From a virus (taxonomy: Duplodnaviria > Heunggongvirae > Uroviricota > Caudoviricetes): DNA of 8,042 nt. Below the pieces are notes generated by a model. That model was not told where the DNA came from. It did not search any database and worked only from the letters and a program-made list of their open reading frames with translations. The position numbers and the translations under genes were made by a program. Positions 6,339-8,042 of this stretch are shown here, piece after piece (positions within the stretch are counted from its first letter, which is position 1; each line of letters starts with the position of its first letter). The stretch lies in the IMG/VR virus record IMGVR_UViG_2693429662_000023, positions 1-8,042 of that record; one strand, written 5' to 3'.

Positions 6339-6400
6339 CAGGGGGGGGGAGTGTTCCGGCCGGAAAGTCGATCGCCCTGGACACCGCCCCCCGTCTCATT
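6339..6400. promoter_or_regulatory. GC-rich palindromic element containing a second G9 tract
   Basis: G9 at 6341-6349 in the same CAGGGGGGGGG context as the tract at 2870. Perfect palindrome TTCCGGCCGGAA at 6354-6365 and CGATCG at 6369-6374. Arm GGGGGGGAGTGT is near-complementary to ACACCGCCCCCC (6381-6392). No T-run follows, so it is not a canonical intrinsic terminator. Confidence 0.4.
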
Positions 6401-6422
6401 CGTAGAAAATTTTGCTTTTCAA

Positions 6423-6445
6423 AAAAGTTACACGAAAAGTTACAC
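6423..6445 (+). repeat. Tandem direct repeat AAAAGTTACAC x2 (12-bp period) upstream of terS
   Basis: AAAAGTTACAC at 6423-6433 and 6435-6445, about 25 nt upstream of the terS ATG. Confidence 0.6.
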
Positions 6446-6467
6446 CCCCTCAAAACGAGGTTTTTGC

Positions 6468-6956
6468 ATGGCATTAACGACCAAAAAAAAGCGGTTTGCT
6501 GATGCGTTATCAAGGGGCGCAAATCCCACGGAAGCCGCTATACATGCGGGATACAGCGAAAAGACCGCAAGGGTCAAAGGCTGGCAGCTATCCAACGATC
6601 CTGAGGTGAAAAAGTATCTTAAGGCTGTAACTCCTGATGTAACTTTTCAGGTTACAAAACCGAAAAAAGTTACAAAGAAAGTTACCGAAAAAGTTACACC
6701 GGAACGGGCATCAATTAACACCATTGAGATGATGGATAACGGCCTACCCGACCCCATCAAAGCAATGGGCAGGATACTGATTGACAACATGGACACAGAT
6801 CCAAAACTGGCTTTAGATGCCGCGTTTAAGCTGGCCCAGTTCACCCACCGCAAGATCGGCAGCATTGGGAAAAAAGAGGTTAAAAAACTCAATGCCGCTA
6901 GTGTCTACTCAAATCGGTTCCCCATCCCTAAGCCACCAACAGACTTAAAACACTGA
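6468..6956 (+). CDS. terS: Terminase small subunit (P27/Terminase_2-like, N-terminal HTH)
   Basis: Start ATG 6468 chosen over the track's GTG 6351, which would translate the GC-rich palindrome. N-terminus MALTTKKKRFADALSRGANPTEAAIHAGYSEKTARVKGWQL matches the TerS HTH pattern (K.KRF...Y...N.T.AA..AGYS.KTA). Contains a KVTKKVTEKVT repeat insert. Confidence 0.75.
   Translation: MALTTKKKRFADALSRGANPTEAAIHAGYSEKTARVKGWQLSNDPEVKKYLKAVTPDVTFQVTKPKKVTKKVTEKVTPERASINTIEMMDNGLPDPIKAMGRILIDNMDTDPKLALDAAFKLAQFTHRKIGSIGKKEVKKLNAASVYSNRFPIPKPPTDLKH
6627..6697. repeat. 12-bp periodic GTAAC/GTTAC repeat array inside terS (candidate pac or TerS-binding site)
   Basis: GTAAC at 6627 and 6639. GTTAC at 6651, 6669, 6681 and 6693, with spacings of 12, 12, 18, 12 and 12 bp. 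Same core as the upstream AAAAGTTACAC repeats. Confidence 0.5.
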
Positions 6957-6967
6957 GGTAGCGAACT

Positions 6968-7129
6968 ATGAGCGAATACATCACAGACCCTATTGATGTA
7001 CTCACGGAAATCATGAACGACAAGCAGCAGTCGACCGAAATACGGTTACAGGCCGCCGCTGTTCTGATGCCATATTTTCACGAAACACTAAACCCGTGCT
7101 TCCAGGAGGAGGAAGAAGATGATCTGTAA
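6968..7129 (+). CDS. Small protein (53 aa) resembling the C-terminal segment of TerS, with acidic tail
   Basis: ATG 6968 with GAGG 9 nt upstream. Translated by hand: MSEYITDPIDVLTEIMNDKQQSTEIRLQAAAVLMPYFHETLNPCFQEEEEDDL. Aligns by eye with TerS residues DPIKAMGRILIDNMDTDPKLALDAAFKLAQFTH (shared DPI...I..D.......AA.....F.H). Overlaps the capsid gene start by 11 nt. Confidence 0.45.
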   Translation: MSEYITDPIDVLTEIMNDKQQSTEIRLQAAAVLMPYFHETLNPCFQEEEEDDL

Positions 7130-8042
7130 AAACATGAAAGGCGTGTCAGCAGTTCGCGCCGCCAGCGTGCTGGCATCGTGTAAATTTAGCCATGCTGACG
7201 CTATAGAGATGACGAAAAGAAATGATCCGGCAGTATCGTTATTTCTTGAAAAATCCGTAGTAGCAGGAATGAACACGGATAACATGCCGTCGCTGGTGGC
7301 AGAGCCGATAGTAAGAGAGCTTGGCGAGTATATTTTTTCGCAGTCTGTACCAGGCAAGCTAATCAGCAGCGCGCTAAATCTTCCTTTTGGCGCAAAATTG
7401 CAGTCAATATCAGGCAAGGGCAGTAAATGGCTTAAAGAAGCCGAAGAAATCCCTGTCAAAGAGGGAGAAGTAAACGAAAGTGCGCTAAAACTGTGCAAAC
7501 TTGGCGCTATTGTGATGCTGAATAACGAGCTAATCAAATTTAGCACCCCTGGTACAAATTCAGCGATCAGAGACTTGATCACATCGGAATCGGTGAAAGA
7601 AATAGATAAAAAATTTCTTTCCAGTGACCAGGAGGTGGCTGGCGTATCCCCTGAGGGCGTGCTTAATGGTGCTGATGAGGCCGAAAACTTCATAGAGCTT
7701 TTCAAAAAGCACATAGCGAACGGTAACACGCTTTCCACGTCGTCGCTAATCTTGCCCGTAGAAAACGCCTTACAGCTTACTGATGCTGAGTTCTGGCAGA
7801 TAGAGCTTTTGAGAATACCGGTAATTGTGAGCGAACAGGCGGATCGCATGATGCTGATAGACGCTCAAAAGCTGATTATTAACGTTGAAGCCACGGTTAT
7901 AACCCCAACTGATGAGGCGGTAATAAAAACCGAATCAGGGGCGGTTAGCCTTTTCCAGAATGACGCTACAGCGTTCAGGGCAATCACCTATTGCGGATGG
8001 CAAAAACTCGATAAGGCCGTCACCGTTCTGGCGAAAAGCTGA
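7119..8042 (+). CDS. Major capsid protein, HK97 fold (Phage_capsid family), 307 aa
   Basis: ATG 7119 preceded by AGGAGGAGGAAG. Internal motif EIDKKFLSSDQEVAGVSPEGVLNGA and C-terminal LFQNDATAFRAITYCGWQKLDKAVTVL match hallmark HK97-family capsid motifs (..ID.aFl.GdG...P.GlLN.. and ..F..D.tAfRa..R.......AfvvL). Stop TGA at 8040-8042 coincides with the window end. Confidence 0.7.
   Translation: MICKNMKGVSAVRAASVLASCKFSHADAIEMTKRNDPAVSLFLEKSVVAGMNTDNMPSLVAEPIVRELGEYIFSQSVPGKLISSALNLPFGAKLQSISGKGSKWLKEAEEIPVKEGEVNESALKLCKLGAIVMLNNELIKFSTPGTNSAIRDLITSESVKEIDKKFLSSDQEVAGVSPEGVLNGADEAENFIELFKKHIANGNTLSTSSLILPVENALQLTDAEFWQIELLRIPVIVSEQADRMMLIDAQKLIINVEATVITPTDEAVIKTESGAVSLFQNDATAFRAITYCGWQKLDKAVTVLAKS

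Noticed and set aside
6351-6467. GTG 6351 as start of terS (201-aa version in the ORF track)
   Set aside because: The extension would translate the GC-rich palindrome and repeat region and has no SD. The TerS HTH motif begins right at ATG 6468, which has an upstream GAGG.
6059-6522. Minus-strand ORFs 6059..6289 and 6208..6522, and 6647..6892 inside terS
   Set aside because: Antisense to the SD-supported small genes and to terS. Likely spurious.
7088-7849. 253-aa minus-strand ORF overlapping the capsid gene
   Set aside because: Entirely antisense to a gene with recognisable HK97 capsid motifs; Ser/Ala-rich shadow frame.

Overview
This window reads as the integrase-proximal ~8 kb of a phage satellite or phage-inducible chromosomal island (PICI-like, capsid-encoding type), probably from an enterobacterial host. 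Gene order on the + strand: tyrosine integrase (1..1242), a small transcript with a strong terminator, an AlpA-family regulator (1739..1945), an operon of three small unknown proteins translationally coupled to a large primase/SF3-helicase (3504..5321), an iteron-type replication origin (5335..5563), a second small terminated transcript, a bicistronic pair of small DNA-binding/coiled-coil proteins, a terminase small subunit (6468..6956), a small TerS-like ORF, and an HK97-fold major capsid protein (7119..8042). A ribbon-helix-helix gene is transcribed divergently (2507..2328) and an in-frame 58-codon ORF follows its stop. Main curiosities: two G9 homopolymers in the same CAGGGGGGGGG context, one at an ORF junction where loss of one G fuses two ORFs; 12-bp periodic GTTAC repeats upstream of and inside terS; and a stand-alone ORF resembling the TerS C-terminal segment. 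All domain calls rest on motif recognition by eye; no database search or structure prediction was possible, and no known defence-system domain was recognised.
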